This document shows positions 61,381 through 64,000 of a stretch of 64,000 bases of DNA, piece after piece (the first letter of the stretch is position 1; the number at the start of each line of letters is the position of its first letter). The position numbers and the translations under genes were made by a program. The notes below the pieces were generated by a model. It searched no databases, was not told where the DNA came from, and worked only from the letters and a program-made list of their open reading frames with translations. Origin of the DNA: Anthoceros angustus (taxonomy: Eukaryota > Plantae > Anthocerotophyta); contig MU008171.1 of NCBI GenBank assembly GCA_010909165.1, positions 1,054,001 through 1,118,000 of the forward strand, read 5' to 3'.

Positions 61381-62869
61381 TGCGTTCACCTCCTACAGTA
61401 CCTCGCTGCAAGAGAGGCTGAAACTGAAACTCGTCAAAACATCCCACTGTGGACCGACGTCCCAAGTTCCAACCATGGACGTGCAAAGGGAACTGTATGA
61501 CCAATTAATTCATGATGCTGCGTGAATTAGGGCGGAGACGTTGACGATCCTCCCTCCTAGAAAGACGTATTTTCTTAATTTTTGAACCACAGAGGCTGGC
61601 TTGTCCAGGCGTGGACTCACTTGGCAAGTCGACCGCCATCTTGCTAGGGCACACCGAGGCACAACAGCAGCAAGCATAATCTGAGCAGCTGGGTAGGTTA
61701 GTCTGCGTGTCAATAACGCTGTGAAGATCCAGTGAAGCGCAGTAGGGGGAATGTCAGGAAGTGAAATTCATCAGAAGTGGGGTGGAATACGGAGCTAAGG
61801 AGATGATGAGGATGCGAAGGACTTCGTTTAGGACGATGCTGGAGAGAACGTTCGTCACAGGCTCACAGGATGTTGCCCACGAGTGTGCACGATCACGAAA
61901 TTAGGATCGTGCTTCTAGAAGACATTTGGAGGAGGTTCTACGTCGAATAGTGTGAAGGTAATGCGCAGGCCAGGAAAGCAAGGGTGGGTACTTATTGAGG
62001 TAGCAGGGAACACTTCCCATCTTATTAATGCCAGCCCTGGGTATCCATGGCTGATAGAGGCACAAATCCGACAAAACTGGTTAACCACCTCCTGGGGGTC
62101 CGGACAGAGGAGGCTTTGAGGAGCTGTCATTTTGTCCTTCAAGGACTGTCAACACGAAGATAGATATGTGGATACAGTACTTACAATGGCGGGATATCGT
62201 ACTTACGTGAAGAGGTTCCTGAGAGTCCTGGGGGACTAGGCAAAGGGTAAATTATACGTTCCTTAGAGATGTTGAGGTTGTGAAGATTGAACGAACATTT
62301 TGATACCTACCCTTAACATGCCTTCTCTTGTGAATCGGTAAGAGACACTGCGCTCAGGGGCTGAATCTTACACTCGAAGACATGCAACTGCAAAGGACAT
62401 CATGACCACTAGATTGGTGATGCAGCATGTTCCAATACGGCATGATTGATATAATCGAGCAAGACCTAATGGGGATGAAGGCGAGAGCATGCTTGGCTGA
62501 GTCACAACGGACCGAGTTAACAATGACCGTCAGAATGGAGACAATAAATACATACCTGTGAGGATTTAAAGATGCCTGTATAAAGGTTTCCGGCACACCC
62601 CTCGTGGAGCTGCCAGCTACAAGTCTACCATGGACGTAACAGAGCACCTTCCCAATGGCATTCTGCACCTTCATGAACCACGAACCAATGCTAAGTGTAC
62701 CTAAAAGGCTTCCTGAGGCTACCTAGACAAGTGCTTCCCTCTTGAAGGACTCACTTCGCTAACATAATACAGTACAGTTCGGCAGTCGGACTGAAGAATC
62801 CAAATGCCGTCAAAAATGAATTGCAGACATCATTGTACACAACTATGGAATCATTTGTCATTTGCTGCA

Positions 62870-64000
62870 TCAGTTAGACCACACATGAACTAGCCCATGC
62901 CTGTTTCCAGTGTAGATCTCATTCCTCTCTTCGTCGTAGAAGAGAGCAGTCACATCCTCCAGTGCCTCTTGGACAGAACTTCTGATGATGGAGGAGTTGG
63001 TTCGCGCTCGTGGGCTAATCCGCACACACGGATCATCAGCCCGTATTTTAGCCAGGCACTTGCCTGTGAGAATGTTGCTTATGTTGATAGAGCCCACTGC
63101 AAAACACATACCACAGATGAGATGATACACCATTACCAGCACATACCAGTACATAAGGAACAAGCAAAGTACAGCAAAAGTACCTGCACCATCTTCACAG
63201 TGGCTGTGCAAGTGAGCCTTGCAGTAGGAAATGATCAGGTCCTGTTCACTAGTGATGTATATGTTGTTCGTATTGCAATCAGGGTACCAGAGGAGGTGAT
63301 CTTCAAAGGACGTCACTAGTTCACCTCGGAAGTTCCACACTGCTACTGTTCGGTTCCGAAAGGTAAGGAAAAGTTGATTTTCGTAGAGAAAAATAAACGC
63401 CGACGGTGTCATAAACTCCGTTCTACTGACCTCTGTCAGCTGGGCATTTCGCACCTGCTCAATAAGCCACAGATTTCATAAAGCACTGCAAACATGTGAC
63501 ACCGTCTGTAGAGCCCAGCAAGATGAAAACTTACGTCCAGAATCTGCAGATTTTCATTCTCTTGCTTAACCAGCAACTTCTCATTGAACTGCTCGATAAA
63601 GTCAACCTTCTTATTCCGATGCAGAAGGTGATTGAACGCCTTCAAAACAGACCCATCCTCTATAGAAAGGATTTTAAGGGGTACATGACTCTGTGACCGA
63701 TCAAAGATCAGCAGCATGATCCCAGGGCTGATCAACAGACCACAAGAAAAAAAAAGGAGTCATGCCACTGACAAAAAATTTCAAAAAGAAAATAAAAGAG
63801 AACGCTACCTCCGGCATGACAACAAAATTCAATAGGGCACCTGATCTTGATTTCCTGGACATGTTCATCGGATATAGAGTAGAGCATAGTATAATTCTTC
63901 AGATCAAAAACCTTATAGATTCTGTGAGAAGAATGTAACCACCATCAGACTCTTGACAAAACTAGACAGCTCGCTGAGGCATACCAAACAATGGAGGAAG
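62870..64000 (-). CDS. Conserved plant WD40-like (beta-propeller) protein, 3' part; 5' end outside the window
   Basis: ISPGIMLLIF..VPLKILSIEDG..HRNKKVDFIEQFNEKLLVKQENENLQILD | EFMTPSAFIFLYENQLFLTFRNR..GSINISNILTGKCLAKI..ALFYDEERNEIYTGNRHGLVHVWSN*. Confidence 0.85.

Overview
Gene-dense nuclear DNA from a land plant. Short GT-AG introns (mostly ~80-180 bp), ~50% GC genes, very tight intergenic spacing, a single-domain DUF26 gene and germins suggest a non-seed plant such as a hornwort or other bryophyte (inference only). Left part (1-25.7 kb) is accessory and TE-rich: a germin-like gene and a pseudo-copy split by a full-length Copia element (TSD AGCAC), a Gnk2/DUF26-like gene, a MIC19-like CHCH gene head-to-head with an eIF4A-C-domain gene, an internally deleted Gypsy element whose 3' LTR holds an expanded minisatellite, a FAM173-like methyltransferase head-to-head with an intronless SKIP31, a CATG-rich minisatellite with His/Cys-rich open frames (five CxxCH motifs), and a decayed, probably Sola2-like DDD transposase carrying nested retroelement fragments. 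Right part (26-64 kb) is mostly conserved genes: CKS1, a PHD-finger gene, RBL11-like rhomboid, a DUF212 gene, a METTL21-family methyltransferase, CRT3-like calreticulin, HMA5-like Cu-ATPase, ECM29 and the 3' part of a WD40-like gene. An AT-rich block at 48.6-52.2 kb holds two inverted TA-flanked MITEs and a (TAAA)51 tract. I found no rRNA, tRNA or CRISPR array. I cannot demonstrate a new biological system from sequence alone. The best leads are the minisatellite/transposase unit at 18.7-23.1 kb, the HMA5 leader, the inverted MITE pair and the chimeric Copia LTRs. Family assignments come from motif recognition, not database searches.
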